Source: an uncultured bacterium | GTDB taxonomy: Bacteria > Krumholzibacteriota > Krumholzibacteriia > Krumholzibacteriales > Krumholzibacteriaceae | Direction: 5' to 3' | NCBI GenBank assembly: GCA_965371515.1 | Contig: CBDUYR010000004.1 | Coordinates: forward strand, 20,235 to 84,234 | Length of the DNA: 64,000 bases | Shown here: positions 1-9,527 of the stretch, piece by piece | Position numbering within the stretch: position 1 is the first letter of the stretch | Layout: each line of letters opens with the position of its first letter | Notes under the pieces: model-generated | What the model was told of the DNA's origin: nothing | Seen by the model: the letters and a program-made list of their open reading frames with translations, nothing else | The model's database searches: none | Made by a program: the position numbers and the translations under genes

Positions 1-1032
1 CCGATGGACCCTCTCCCCGACGGTAAGGGGCGGATAGTGTTGAGAGTGCTCGTGCTCGATTCGGGGGGCCGCCCTGTCGCCGACGGAAAGACGGTCACGA
101 TGAAAGCGGCCGTTAAAAAAGGTGGCAGTTCCGTGCGTACGAGAAAAGGTATTGCCTTATTCGTTCGCGACAGCGCCGGCGGCAGACATGTCGTCTCATC
201 CGGCACCTCCGTCGATACCCTGGCCTTCGCCTGGGACGGACCTTTGACCGAGGTACTGACCCTGGCCCTGGACGGCCTGACCGGCAGGCCTGTTCAACGA
301 GCCGTTCTCCGCTGCGCGGACGGGGAAACGGCAGCGGGCGACCGGAAGGGCGCCATCAGATCGGCGACGGTTGACACGGCAGGAGCTGTCATCTACGCGT
401 CGGGATACCATCCGGCGCCCCTCGAACGCATGGTCGAGGGCGGGAAGGTCCCGGTCACGAAGATGACTCCTATCTTCGGAGGAGTCCTGCACGGAAAGAG
501 GATAGTCATCGATCCCGCCGGGGGCGGAACTGACGACGCGGGCAGGGGAGCCGCCGCGCTGCGCGGTGCTACTGTCAACATGCGCCTTGCGAGGGAGCTC
601 GAAAACAGACTCACGGCGGCCGGCGCCTCGGTGCTGGTGACGAGAAACGGAGAAGAACATCTGTCGGACGAGCAACGGATATTCAGGGTGAACAGATTCG
701 GAGCCGACCTGGCGATCAGTGTGAGATTCGGCGGCGCGTTGGAACCGGGAGACGGATGCCTCGTCTATCACTATCCCGGCAGCGTCGCAGGAACGGCAGT
801 CGCCGACAGCCTCGTCTCGAACCTTGCGGGAACGCCGCCGTGCGAAGAGGTGGAAGTCGTCGAATCGGTCGAGCTTTTCCTTCAGCAGACGAACTGTCCG
901 GCTATTGTGATCTCGGGAGGATCCCTTTCCGACGACGACACGGAGAACATCCTCGGATCCTTCCGCTGGACCGGGCTCGAAGCAGAAGCGATATTGCTGT
1001 CTCTGCTCGTATACTTCGGCGCGGAAGACTGA
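1..1032 (+). CDS. N-acetylmuramoyl-L-alanine amidase (Amidase_3)-like protein, probably 5'-truncated by the window; catalytic residues appear degenerate
   Basis: C-terminal half follows the Amidase_3 pattern (GKRIVIDPAGGG...VNMRLARELENRLTAAGASVLVTR...RIFRVNRFGADLAISV...CPAIVI); the frame is open at base 1. Confidence 0.7.
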   Translation, partial: PMDPLPDGKGRIVLRVLVLDSGGRPVADGKTVTMKAAVKKGGSSVRTRKGIALFVRDSAGGRHVVSSGTSVDTLAFAWDGPLTEVLTLALDGLTGRPVQRAVLRCADGETAAGDRKGAIRSATVDTAGAVIYASGYHPAPLERMVEGGKVPVTKMTPIFGGVLHGKRIVIDPAGGGTDDAGRGAAALRGATVNMRLARELENRLTAAGASVLVTRNGEEHLSDEQRIFRVNRFGADLAISVRFGGALEPGDGCLVYHYPGSVAGTAVADSLVSNLAGTPPCEEVEVVESVELFLQQTNCPAIVISGGSLSDDDTENILGSFRWTGLEAEAILLSLLVYFGAED

Positions 1033-1064
1033 TCTCCAGGAGATCGTTCACTCCCTGCCCGTCC

Positions 1065-1093
1065 TTGACCTTCTTCCCTGTCATTGCGATATT
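1065..1093 (+). promoter_or_regulatory. sigma70-like promoter for tonB
   Basis: TTGACC-17 nt-GATATT with TG extension, just upstream of ATG 1108. Confidence 0.45.
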
Positions 1094-1107
1094 AAACGGG
1101 AACGGCC

Positions 1108-1773
1108 ATGACTGAGAAAATAACGGAATACGACCGCCGGCGGAGGAAGAGGGTAGTCTACCTTCTGCCCATTGTTTTGCTTCTCCTCGTCATCCTCGGT
1201 ATAAGCCTCGAAAAAGCGAGAGTTGTCGACAGGATATTCAGTGTGGGATACGAGGGCCCGATGCAGATCCTCCCCGAGATAACGATCCTCGACGATTCGG
1301 GGATCGAGGCCGAGGTGTTCGAAAAGGAGAGGCATGACATGGTCGCGCGCGATGTGGAGGTATACAGCGAGGAGATAGAGGACGAGGACGACGAGGCGGA
1401 GACTTCACTCTCTCCCATAGAGGATCCCGAAGAACCGATATACGACGACTTCGAGGGGAGCGACGCCATCCGCACATACGAGTCTCACGCCCCCATAGCG
1501 TACCGGGAAGACTACGTCATAACAAAGATGATCGAGCCGATCTATCCGCCCGAGGCGATGATCAGCGGCCGCGAGGGATACGTCCTCGTCGAGGTCTACA
1601 TAAACAGCAAGGGATTCGTGCAGGAGGCCTGGGTCAGGAAGATCAAGGGAGACGAGAGTTTCGAGGCTGCCACCCTCGACGCCGTAAAGCAGTTCGAATT
1701 CAGGCCGATAATGGACAGGGGAAAGCCGATATCGTTCTGGCTGAGTTTTCTGGTGAGGTTCGAGCTGAACTAG
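1108..1773 (+). CDS. tonB: Energy transducer TonB family protein
   Basis: N-terminal TM anchor, acidic linker, TonB_C motif PIYPPEA...EGYVLVEVYINSKG...A...AVKQFEFRP. Confidence 0.85.
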   Translation: MTEKITEYDRRRRKRVVYLLPIVLLLLVILGISLEKARVVDRIFSVGYEGPMQILPEITILDDSGIEAEVFEKERHDMVARDVEVYSEEIEDEDDEAETSLSPIEDPEEPIYDDFEGSDAIRTYESHAPIAYREDYVITKMIEPIYPPEAMISGREGYVLVEVYINSKGFVQEAWVRKIKGDESFEAATLDAVKQFEFRPIMDRGKPISFWLSFLVRFELN

Positions 1774-1778
1774 CCCGG

Positions 1779-3512
1779 TCAGCGGCGCGGAGCGGAAACG
1801 GTCACATACTCCTCCACCCTCTCTTTTCTCACGATGTTGAACCTGATCCCGTCGCCCGATATCAGCTCGACAAAGCTGTGCCGCCTGTCGCTGAGCATCC
1901 GTTCCATCTCGTCTCGCAGGGACGATCCGGAAGCCGACGCCGCCGCCATCGCTTCCATCATCTTTCTCACACCGTCGTATCCCCCCGTGACGAACCTGTT
2001 GACGTCCCTTCCCTCGTACCCCGTCAGCGCCGCTGCGGCGAGATATCTCTCCTCGATCGAATCCGAGACGTCCTCCGAAGGAAATACCGCTCCCTCCATG
2101 TCGCGGCCCGCCATCCTGAGGAGCTTTCTGGAGTTCCACGACGAGGTGCCGAGAAGCTGGACGCCGAACTCGTAGAAGGAGAGCTGCGGCAGGATCAGGA
2201 CGAGATCCTCCGTGTTGGACGGTATGAAGAGCGCCTCCGGAACAGCCTTCCTGATCCGTTCTATGTTCAGTTTGAAATCGGTGCTGCCCTGCTCATAGAA
2301 ATCCTCCGCGCAGAGAGTCCCTCCGAGACCTTCGACTTCCCGCCTGAAGAGCTCGGCCAGAAAACGCCATCTCTGCGAGTCCTCGGCCATGAAAGCGATC
2401 CGCCGGAGTCCCATCTCCAGGCAGGCCACCCTTGCAAGAGCGGCGATCTCCATCTCGTAGTCCTGTGAGCTCTGGAATATGTATCCGCCTATCCCGGCGA
2501 TCCCTTCCTCCGATGCCACGGGTGAATAGAGCACCGTCCCCGCATGCTGTGCTGTCTGCGCCACAACGATCGTCGTCGAACTGAGGACACCCCCCACGAG
2601 AGCGTCGACGCTCTCATCCTCGATCAGTACAATAGCGGACTTCCTCGCCTCCAGGGCATTCGATCGCGTATCTCCTACGACCAGCTCCACGCCGGTCACA
2701 CCGAATTCACGCGCCTCCCGGATTGCCACCGCCGCCCCGCGCAGGAATTCCTTTCCAAGCGGAGCGAATCTGCCGCTCAGCGGGCAGATGAGGCCAATCG
2801 AGCCCGATGCCTTGCCTGCGCCCGCATCCCTCGGCCTTACAGCGGCGGGCGTGACGGTCCTTCCCGGGATCGGCGCAATCGCCATCTCCATAGTGTCGAG
2901 GGCAGCGATGTGTGCCCGGATCTCTCTCACCGATGCGGTGTCTCCCTCGGCCTCGACTATCAGAAGGGAACCTTCCCAGACAAGCTCGATTCCGGGAGCC
3001 GCCGGGAAGGCTTCCTGGAGATCGGCAAGCTGATGGGCCGAGAGGAGTGGAACCAGCTGCGACAGGCCCTCCCTGGCCTGACCGCTGACAGAGGGATCGA
3101 GGACCATAGCCGTCATCAATCTTCCTGCCGCATCGGAGAATCTCCCCTTATCCCTGTCGATCCCCGCCAGGAGGATGTTCACCTCGGCCGCGGTCTCCGC
3201 TCCGGCCTCGGGTGAGGTGAGAGGCATCAGGATCTCCGATGCATCCTCGAGGAATCCGAGCTTGAGGCTTGCCTTTCCCGTCTCGAGCCTCACCTCGCCG
3301 GCGGCATCCGAGTCGGGGTACGTTTCAAGAAAAGGCTTTCCGGCCCTTCGAACGGCACGGTCGTCGCCATTCGCGACATACGCCCGCAGCTCTTCGAGCT
3401 GCTCGTCGTGTATCTGTCGAGGGGATGATCCCGTCTCGAACGACGCTTTCTTCGTGGCGCATGATACGAGGATCAGCAGGAGCAGTACCGGTATGAGTAT
3501 CTTTGTCTTCAT
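1779..3512 (-). CDS. Lipoprotein with helical/TPR-like N-terminus and type I periplasmic-binding domain (LpoA/LppC-like PBP activator)
   Basis: Lipobox LVSC; IGLICPLSGRFAPLG...GDT...GGVLS; EDFYEQGSTDF. Confidence 0.7.
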   Translation of the reverse strand: MKTKILIPVLLLLILVSCATKKASFETGSSPRQIHDEQLEELRAYVANGDDRAVRRAGKPFLETYPDSDAAGEVRLETGKASLKLGFLEDASEILMPLTSPEAGAETAAEVNILLAGIDRDKGRFSDAAGRLMTAMVLDPSVSGQAREGLSQLVPLLSAHQLADLQEAFPAAPGIELVWEGSLLIVEAEGDTASVREIRAHIAALDTMEMAIAPIPGRTVTPAAVRPRDAGAGKASGSIGLICPLSGRFAPLGKEFLRGAAVAIREAREFGVTGVELVVGDTRSNALEARKSAIVLIEDESVDALVGGVLSSTTIVVAQTAQHAGTVLYSPVASEEGIAGIGGYIFQSSQDYEMEIAALARVACLEMGLRRIAFMAEDSQRWRFLAELFRREVEGLGGTLCAEDFYEQGSTDFKLNIERIRKAVPEALFIPSNTEDLVLILPQLSFYEFGVQLLGTSSWNSRKLLRMAGRDMEGAVFPSEDVSDSIEERYLAAAALTGYEGRDVNRFVTGGYDGVRKMMEAMAAASASGSSLRDEMERMLSDRRHSFVELISGDGIRFNIVRKERVEEYVTVSAPRR

Positions 3513-4048
3513 CGTTTCTTCGCCGGCAGATCGAAGGTCCCTTTGCCGAGAAAGGACAGCGCGAGCTCGTGGTACTCCATCGACTGGGCGGTCAGCTTCT
3601 CGATGGCCTCGTCGTCGACCTGCCTTCGCACCTTTCCCGGCACTCCGGCCACGAGCGACCCCGGCGGGATATCGGTACCATTTAGTACCACCGCGTTGGC
3701 GGCGATCATACTCCCTTTTCCTATCCTGGCGCCATCAAGAATTACGGCTCCCATGCCGATGAGCGATCCGTCCTCCACCGTGCAGGAATGGAGGATCGCC
3801 CCATGCCCGATTGTCACGTTGTCGCCGACAACAAGCTCGGGGCCACCGGTCGTGCAGTGACAGACACAGGCATCCTGAATGTTCGAGTACCTTCCTATGG
3901 TGATCGTCCAGCAGTCGCCCCTGACAACCGCTCCATGCCATACGCTCGATCCATCGCCGATTGTGACGTCGCCGATCACGCTGGCCGTCGGCGCGATGTA
4001 GACGCTCCGCCCGATAACAGGCGACATGCCCTGGAATTCCTCTATCAA
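3509..4048 (-). CDS. Gamma carbonic anhydrase family protein (YrdA/PaaY-like)
   Basis: Hexapeptide repeats; VRGD, SNIQD..VCH, TIGHGAILH, SLVAGVPGK. Confidence 0.93.
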   Translation of the reverse strand: MIEEFQGMSPVIGRSVYIAPTASVIGDVTIGDGSSVWHGAVVRGDCWTITIGRYSNIQDACVCHCTTGGPELVVGDNVTIGHGAILHSCTVEDGSLIGMGAVILDGARIGKGSMIAANAVVLNGTDIPPGSLVAGVPGKVRRQVDDEAIEKLTAQSMEYHELALSFLGKGTFDLPAKKR

Positions 4049-4068
4049 GACTTTCCTTCCCCGCCCTT

Positions 4069-4548
4069 TCAGGCCTCCTCGAACTCCCCGGGATCGATCT
4101 CCTCGAGGCCTTCGCGGCCGCTGTCGCCGTCGGCTTTCCCGATCTGCAGGTTTCTCTTGTATTTCTCGAACAGCTCTTCCTCGATCCGGATCACCGATCC
4201 CGATCTCAGGGCCAGCGCTATCGCGTCACTCGGCCGCGCGTCGATGTAGAACAGCTCCTCGCCCCGGCCAAGGACGATCCTCGCGAAATAGGTATCCTCG
4301 TGTATGCCTGTTATCTCGATCTCCTTTACCTCGCCTCCGAGTTCCTCGACGACGAGCTTCAGCAGATCATGCGTCATCGGTCGTTCGAACGTCTTACCCG
4401 CGAGGACCGTGTATATTGCAGTAGCCTCCGCAGCGCCGATCCAGATCGGCAGGACTTCCTCGCCCCCCTCCGACTTGATCAGGGCTACAGGGAATTCCCT
4501 CTCACGATCGAGTGCGATCCCGCTGACATATACTTCTTTCATATCCAC
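4069..4548 (-). CDS. Bifunctional nuclease family protein (DUF151)
   Basis: LPIWIG..EA, RPMTHDLL, IDARPSDAIALALR. Confidence 0.93.
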   Translation of the reverse strand: MDMKEVYVSGIALDREREFPVALIKSEGGEEVLPIWIGAAEATAIYTVLAGKTFERPMTHDLLKLVVEELGGEVKEIEITGIHEDTYFARIVLGRGEELFYIDARPSDAIALALRSGSVIRIEEELFEKYKRNLQIGKADGDSGREGLEEIDPGEFEEA

Positions 4549-4552
4549 AGTG

Positions 4553-5755
4553 TCAGTCCTGGCCTTCCTCCATCCGCTCCTTCATGTCATCGACCGACTC
4601 GAATTTCGGGTGCGGCTTATTGAGGTTCTCTATCATCCACTTCGCCGACTCGGCGACTTCCGAATCGGGGTACTTCTTGAGCAGCTCGTCGAAGACCCTT
4701 CTCGCCTGAACGAGATCCATGACCTCCTCGGCATACACGAAACCGATCATGAAGAGCGCCTGTGGTGCATATTTGTGCTCGGGATACTTGTTCACGATAT
4801 TCCTGTAGTACTGGATCCTCGTGAAATTGGCATCCTCTTCCTGGGCGATCTCCCACAGTTCCTCGGGAGACCGTGTCGTCTTGATGAAGTCTTCCCTGAC
4901 AAAGTTGACGGGCTCGTACTCTTTCCTGAGCCTGTAGAGCTCCTGCTCGAGGTTGGCCTTGGCCTTGCTGCCGCGGAGCTGGTCGAGAATATCCTTTCTG
5001 ACTTCTGACAGCGGTTTGAGGTTCTCCGGCTTCTTGTCATTGATCTTGACGAGCGAATATCCCTTTTCAGTGACAACAACATCGCTCACCTCGCTGAGCT
5101 CGAGATTCCTCACCTGCTCGGAGAACTCCTTTGACTCCCCGTAGAACTTGATGTATCCGCCGGGATTGAAATACCCGAGGTTGCCGTTGCTGGGTGCGGT
5201 CGTACGGTCCTCGCTCTCATATTTGGCGATCTTGTTGAACTTCTCGCCGTCGTCGATACGCTTCTTCCATTCGACGACTTTCATGCTGTCCTTGGAGAAG
5301 GCATGCTGAGCCTTGATGATCGCCCTGTTCATGAACTCTTCCCAGTGGTCGTTGTAATATTTCTCGATCTCCTCGTCGGTCACTTCGACCTTCTGCCTGA
5401 TCATTTTGTCGTAATAGGCGGTGATCATGATGTTTTTTCCCGCCTGCATGATCTGTTTCTTTACATCTTCGTCGTACTTGAGATCAGTCTTCTCAGCAGC
5501 GAGATAGAGAAGCTCCTCGTTAATCAGAGCGTCCACGAATTTCGCGCGGCCATCCTTGCCCTTGTACTGCGCCCTGATCTGCGGGGACATCGACTCGAAC
5601 CTGTCGTCGATCTCCTTCGTAGTGATCTTCGAATTGCCTACCCTCGCGTCCAGGCCCTGGTTGACCTCGAACTTCTCGCCCTTCTCGGAGCAAGAAACCA
5701 GGCCCGCTGCGATCATCATCGCTATCGCTGCAAAAAACATGATCCTCTTCGACAT
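4553..5755 (-). CDS. PpiC/PrsA-type peptidyl-prolyl isomerase lipoprotein with C-terminal TPR-like domain
   Basis: Start placed at ATG 5755 behind AAGGAGG; lipobox LVSC; FNKIAKYESED..GNLGYF parvulin motif; YPEHKYAPQALFMIGFVY. Confidence 0.85.
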   Translation of the reverse strand: MSKRIMFFAAIAMMIAAGLVSCSEKGEKFEVNQGLDARVGNSKITTKEIDDRFESMSPQIRAQYKGKDGRAKFVDALINEELLYLAAEKTDLKYDEDVKKQIMQAGKNIMITAYYDKMIRQKVEVTDEEIEKYYNDHWEEFMNRAIIKAQHAFSKDSMKVVEWKKRIDDGEKFNKIAKYESEDRTTAPSNGNLGYFNPGGYIKFYGESKEFSEQVRNLELSEVSDVVVTEKGYSLVKINDKKPENLKPLSEVRKDILDQLRGSKAKANLEQELYRLRKEYEPVNFVREDFIKTTRSPEELWEIAQEEDANFTRIQYYRNIVNKYPEHKYAPQALFMIGFVYAEEVMDLVQARRVFDELLKKYPDSEVAESAKWMIENLNKPHPKFESVDDMKERMEEGQD

Positions 5756-5780
5756 CGGTTCCTCCTTCGTTCGGCAGACC

Positions 5781-6869
5781 TTACAGGTGCTCTTTCCTTC
5801 CCTTTTCTTCCATTCTATCCAGGATCTCGCGGACCTTCTGGCTTTCGCCCTTTCTGCAGACAAGGACCCGCCCGCCGCTGACCGCCACGATGACGTCATC
5901 GACGCCTATCATCGCGGTGAAGCCGTCGGGATTGTAGATGATGTTATTTTTCGAATCGACGAGTTCCATCTCTCCCGCCCCGGTATTGCCGGCGGCGTCC
6001 TTCGGCAGGATCTCTTCCAGAGCATCCCACGAGCCGACGTCGCTCCACCCGAAGGATACGGGCACGACGACCACGTTGTCGGCCTTCTCCAGGATCCCGA
6101 AGTCGACCGAGATGGAAGGCATGGTACCATAGTGTTCCCTGGCGTATTCGTCGAATCGGCCTTCCGCTCCGGCGGTCTCGAATCCGCGCAGGAGCTCGCT
6201 CCCCTCCGGAAAATACCTGTCCCACGCCTCGATGAAAACCGATGGCCTCCAGACGAAGATCCCGCTGTTCCAGTAATAGTTTCCGCTTTCCAGGTAGCGT
6301 AGAGCCGTCTCGTGATCAGGCTTTTCATGGAATCTCTTCACTTCAACGGGTATGGACGTCCCTCCGTCAGGTGCCGGACCCGCAGTCTCTATATATCCGT
6401 ATCCTGTAGCAGGAGCGGCAGGTTCGATTCCGAATGTTACGAGGATATCCCTGTTTTGTGCGGCATCCGCTGCAATACGTACGGCCGACTGGAATCCTGC
6501 CTCATCAGTGATCAGATGATCGGAAGGACAGCACAGGACCGGATCATCGCCCCCTCTCGCACGTACCATGATCGCGGCAGCGGCAAGTGACGGAGCGGTA
6601 TTGCGGGAGACCGGTTCGGCGAACAGATTTTCGACGGGGAGTTCCGGGAGGTCATGCCTGACCGCGTCGGCCTGATCGGCAGCCGTCAGCAGGAGTATCC
6701 GTTCCGCAGGGAGAAATGAGCGCATACGCTTCCATGTAAGGGCAAGCATGCTGCCATCTCCCGTGACATCGAGGAACTGCTTCGGCCTCCCCGCCGTGCT
6801 GGCCGGCCAGAGCCTCTTTCCTTTTCCTCCTGCGAGAATCGCTGCGTACACGGGCCACCCCCTGTTCAC
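5781..6869 (-). CDS. manC: Mannose-1-phosphate guanylyltransferase
   Basis: ILAGGKGKRLWPAS...PKQFL, EPVSRNTAP, PSDH, YGYIE, FHEKP, WNSGIF, WSDVGSW. Confidence 0.93.
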   Translation of the reverse strand: MNRGWPVYAAILAGGKGKRLWPASTAGRPKQFLDVTGDGSMLALTWKRMRSFLPAERILLLTAADQADAVRHDLPELPVENLFAEPVSRNTAPSLAAAAIMVRARGGDDPVLCCPSDHLITDEAGFQSAVRIAADAAQNRDILVTFGIEPAAPATGYGYIETAGPAPDGGTSIPVEVKRFHEKPDHETALRYLESGNYYWNSGIFVWRPSVFIEAWDRYFPEGSELLRGFETAGAEGRFDEYAREHYGTMPSISVDFGILEKADNVVVVPVSFGWSDVGSWDALEEILPKDAAGNTGAGEMELVDSKNNIIYNPDGFTAMIGVDDVIVAVSGGRVLVCRKGESQKVREILDRMEEKGRKEHL

Positions 6870-6888
6870 TGCCCGCTCGAGGGGTGCT

Positions 6889-8262
6889 TTAATCAGAGTA
6901 CAGTCCGGAAACGTCTATGTGGTCTTTCAGCGCGTCGGCGAAGGCCCTGCGTATCTCCTCGAGAGATTCCTTGTCATCCGCTTCGAATCTGAGAACGAGC
7001 ACGGGCTGTGTGTTCGAGGCCCTGAGCAGCCCCCAGCCCTTCTCGAAATCGACCCTGGCGCCGTCGACATCGTTTACCTTGTTGGTCTTTTTGAAATGGT
7101 CGGTGACCTGGCTGACAACTTCGAACTTCTTTTCGTCCGCGCACTCGACCCTTATCTCAGGCGTGTTCTCGTATTTCGGATAGTCGGCAAGCATCTCGCT
7201 GATGCTCAAGTCGCTCTTCGAGACGATCTCCAGTATCCTGCACGCAGCGTATATCGCGTCGTCAAACCCGAAGTACCTGTCGGCGAAAAACTGGTGCCCG
7301 CTCATCTCGCCGGCGAGCGGTGCGTTTTCATCGCGCATCTTCTTCTTGATGAGTGAATGTCCCGTCTTCCACATTATCGGCCTGCCACCGAGTTTCTCGA
7401 TCTCCTCGGGGAGAGCCTTCGAGCACTTTACCTCGAAGATTACCGCGGAGCCCGGGTTGTCGGCGAGAACGTCCCTCGCATACAGGGCAAGAAGGGTATC
7501 ACCCCAGATGATCTCGCCCTTCTCGTCGATCACGCCGATCCTGTCGGAGTCGCCGTCGAAACCTATTCCTAGCTCCAGTCCATCGTCGAGGACGGCCTTT
7601 CTCAAGTCGACGAGATTCTTCGCGACAGTAGGGTCGGGGTGGTGGTTGGGGAAGTTCCCGTCGGGTTCCATGTAGAGAAGGACCGGATCGCACCCGAGCT
7701 TCCGGAAGAGTTCCGGCGCAGCGAGACCCGCAGTGGCGTTACCTCCGTCGGCGGCGAAACGCACCGGCCTCTCGAGATGTATGTTGTCGGAAAGGTAGTC
7801 GATGTACTCGGAAGTCACATCCTTCGCGGTCATCGTCCCCCTCTTCTCCACAGGGGATAGGCCGCCCTGGAGGGAGTGGAGCTCCATTATGTCCGCTCCG
7901 TAGATAGTACCCTCTCCTCGGAGAACCTTGAAGCCATTGAACTCGGCGGGATTGTGGCTCGCCGTGATCATGACTCCGCCCTTTATCTCCCACTTCTTTG
8001 CGGCGAAATAGAATATGGGGGTCGGGACCACGCCGACATCAACGACGTCTATCCCGCCCGCCATGAGACCATCTGTAAGGGCCGCGAAGTATGAATCGCT
8101 GCTGAGTCTGACATCCCTGCCGACTACAGCGCGGGAAATCCCTTCGCGGGCGAAGGTGGAAGCTATCGCCAGGCCCAGACCGTTCACACCTTCGTCTGTA
8201 AGGTCCACGTCGACGAGCCCGCGGATATCGTATTCCCTGAATATCTTTCCGGGCAGTTCGAT
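6889..8262 (-). CDS. manB: Phosphomannomutase/phosphoglucomutase (start extended to a putative ATC codon)
   Basis: ITASHNP, FDGDSDR, GEMSGH; conserved IFREYDIRG lies in frame upstream of the ORF-finder start at 8208. Confidence 0.92.
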   Translation of the reverse strand: MELPGKIFREYDIRGLVDVDLTDEGVNGLGLAIASTFAREGISRAVVGRDVRLSSDSYFAALTDGLMAGGIDVVDVGVVPTPIFYFAAKKWEIKGGVMITASHNPAEFNGFKVLRGEGTIYGADIMELHSLQGGLSPVEKRGTMTAKDVTSEYIDYLSDNIHLERPVRFAADGGNATAGLAAPELFRKLGCDPVLLYMEPDGNFPNHHPDPTVAKNLVDLRKAVLDDGLELGIGFDGDSDRIGVIDEKGEIIWGDTLLALYARDVLADNPGSAVIFEVKCSKALPEEIEKLGGRPIMWKTGHSLIKKKMRDENAPLAGEMSGHQFFADRYFGFDDAIYAACRILEIVSKSDLSISEMLADYPKYENTPEIRVECADEKKFEVVSQVTDHFKKTNKVNDVDGARVDFEKGWGLLRASNTQPVLVLRFEADDKESLEEIRRAFADALKDHIDVSGLYSD

Positions 8263-8321
8263 GACCGGCCTCCCTTCGCTCCGATCGACACCCTGCGTAT
8301 CGCCGGTATGGCGACCGAAGG

Positions 8322-8765
8322 TTACTCCTTGACGACCCAGACCTTGACCTGGATCTCGACTTCACTGTGAAGCCGGACAGGCACCGTATATACACCGAGA
8401 AGCTTGATGTGTTCCTCGAGCTTCACCATGTTGTGGTCGACCTTGAACCCCTGCTCGGTGATGGCACGGGCGATGTCGTTCTCGCTGACCGAACCGTAGA
8501 GCTTGTCCTCTTCCCCGGCCTGTACCACGATCGTGACCGAGATTTCCTTCATCTTCTCCGCCGTCTCGAGGATGGTCCGCTTTTCCTTGTCGTCCCTGAT
8601 GTCACGAAGCTTGTTCTCTTCGTTCATGACCTTCTTCATCGCCTTGGTGGCGGGAAGGGCCATTTTATGCGGCAGAAGGTAGTTTCTCGCATAACCGGCC
8701 TTCACCTTGACGATATCGCCGCGAGCGCCGAGGCCCTCGACGGACTTGGTAAGAATGATCTCCAT
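8322..8765 (-). CDS. rplI: 50S ribosomal protein L9
   Basis: LGARGDIVKVKAGYARNYLLP; KLYGSV. Confidence 0.98.
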   Translation of the reverse strand: MEIILTKSVEGLGARGDIVKVKAGYARNYLLPHKMALPATKAMKKVMNEENKLRDIRDDKEKRTILETAEKMKEISVTIVVQAGEEDKLYGSVSENDIARAITEQGFKVDHNMVKLEEHIKLLGVYTVPVRLHSEVEIQVKVWVVKE

Positions 8766-8777
8766 ATTCCTGTCTCC

Positions 8778-9038
8778 CTACCGGTAGTATATCTTCACGA
8801 ACGGCAGAAGGGCGATAGCCCTCGCACGCTTGATGGCTTGTGCAAGCGCCCGCTGGTGCCTGGCGCACGTGCCGGTGATCCTGCGCGGGGTTATCTTTCC
8901 CCTGTCCGTGACAAACCTTCTGAGAAGGGCCTCGTTCTTGTAATTGATCGTCAACTTGTCCGCGCAGAACCTGCACGGCTTGTTGGTGGTTCTCTTCTCT
9001 TTTTTCTTCTTCTTTCCCCTGGATGACGTCTTCGGCAT
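8778..9038 (-). CDS. rpsR: 30S ribosomal protein S18 (Zn-ribbon C+ type)
   Basis: CRFC...[31 protein letters not shown]. Confidence 0.98.
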   Translation of the reverse strand: MPKTSSRGKKKKKEKRTTNKPCRFCADKLTINYKNEALLRRFVTDRGKITPRRITGTCARHQRALAQAIKRARAIALLPFVKIYYR

Positions 9039-9379
9039 TATCCTGTCTCCTCAGTTTCGCCAGCGGGCTGCTCGGCCGGCTGTTCGGTCACGGGATTCTC
9101 GTCGATGACGATCATATGCCTGAGCACCATGTCATCGAACCGGTAGACACGGTTGAGCTCGTTCAGGATATCGTTGTCGCCGTCGAAACACATGAGGATA
9201 TAACTGCCCTCGAAACGCTTGGCGATCGGATAGGCGAGCTTCCGCTTGCCCCAGGGATCGACCTTGCGGACCGTTCCTCCCCTGGAGGTGACGACCTCGT
9301 TGAACTTCTCCGTCTTTTCCTTTACGGCAAGTTCTTCAAGGGATGGATCGAGGATGTAAACGCACTCATAGGCACGCAT
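9038..9379 (-). CDS. rpsF: 30S ribosomal protein S6
   Basis: [12 protein letters not shown]...[13 protein letters not shown] 9379 behind GGGAGG; TAATG overlap with rpsR. Confidence 0.97.
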   Translation of the reverse strand: MRAYECVYILDPSLEELAVKEKTEKFNEVVTSRGGTVRKVDPWGKRKLAYPIAKRFEGSYILMCFDGDNDILNELNRVYRFDDMVLRHMIVIDENPVTEQPAEQPAGETEETG

Positions 9380-9388
9380 AGATTTGTT

Positions 9389-9443
9389 CCTCCCTTCGGA
9401 CTTATTCGACCTTCCCTGTCCGGGGTGGACGGGAAGGTAGGGA
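9389..9443 (-). promoter_or_regulatory. Putative S6:S18 ribosomal protein leader RNA
   Basis: 5' UCCCU can pair with AGGGA of the SD, enclosing hairpin ACCUUCCCGUCC/GGACAGGGAAGGU and an unpaired CCG just before the SD. Confidence 0.7.
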
Positions 9444-9483
9444 TTTATGTACCGCGCCTCCGTAAAGGTCAGCACGGGGCCGA

Positions 9484-9512
9484 AATATAGCAGATCTTCC
9501 CCGTGGAGTCAA
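9484..9512 (-). promoter_or_regulatory. sigma70 promoter of rpsF-rpsR-rplI
   Basis: TTGACT-17 nt-TATATT with TG extension. Confidence 0.7.
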
Positions 9513-9527
9513 CCCCGCTTCGGGCTG

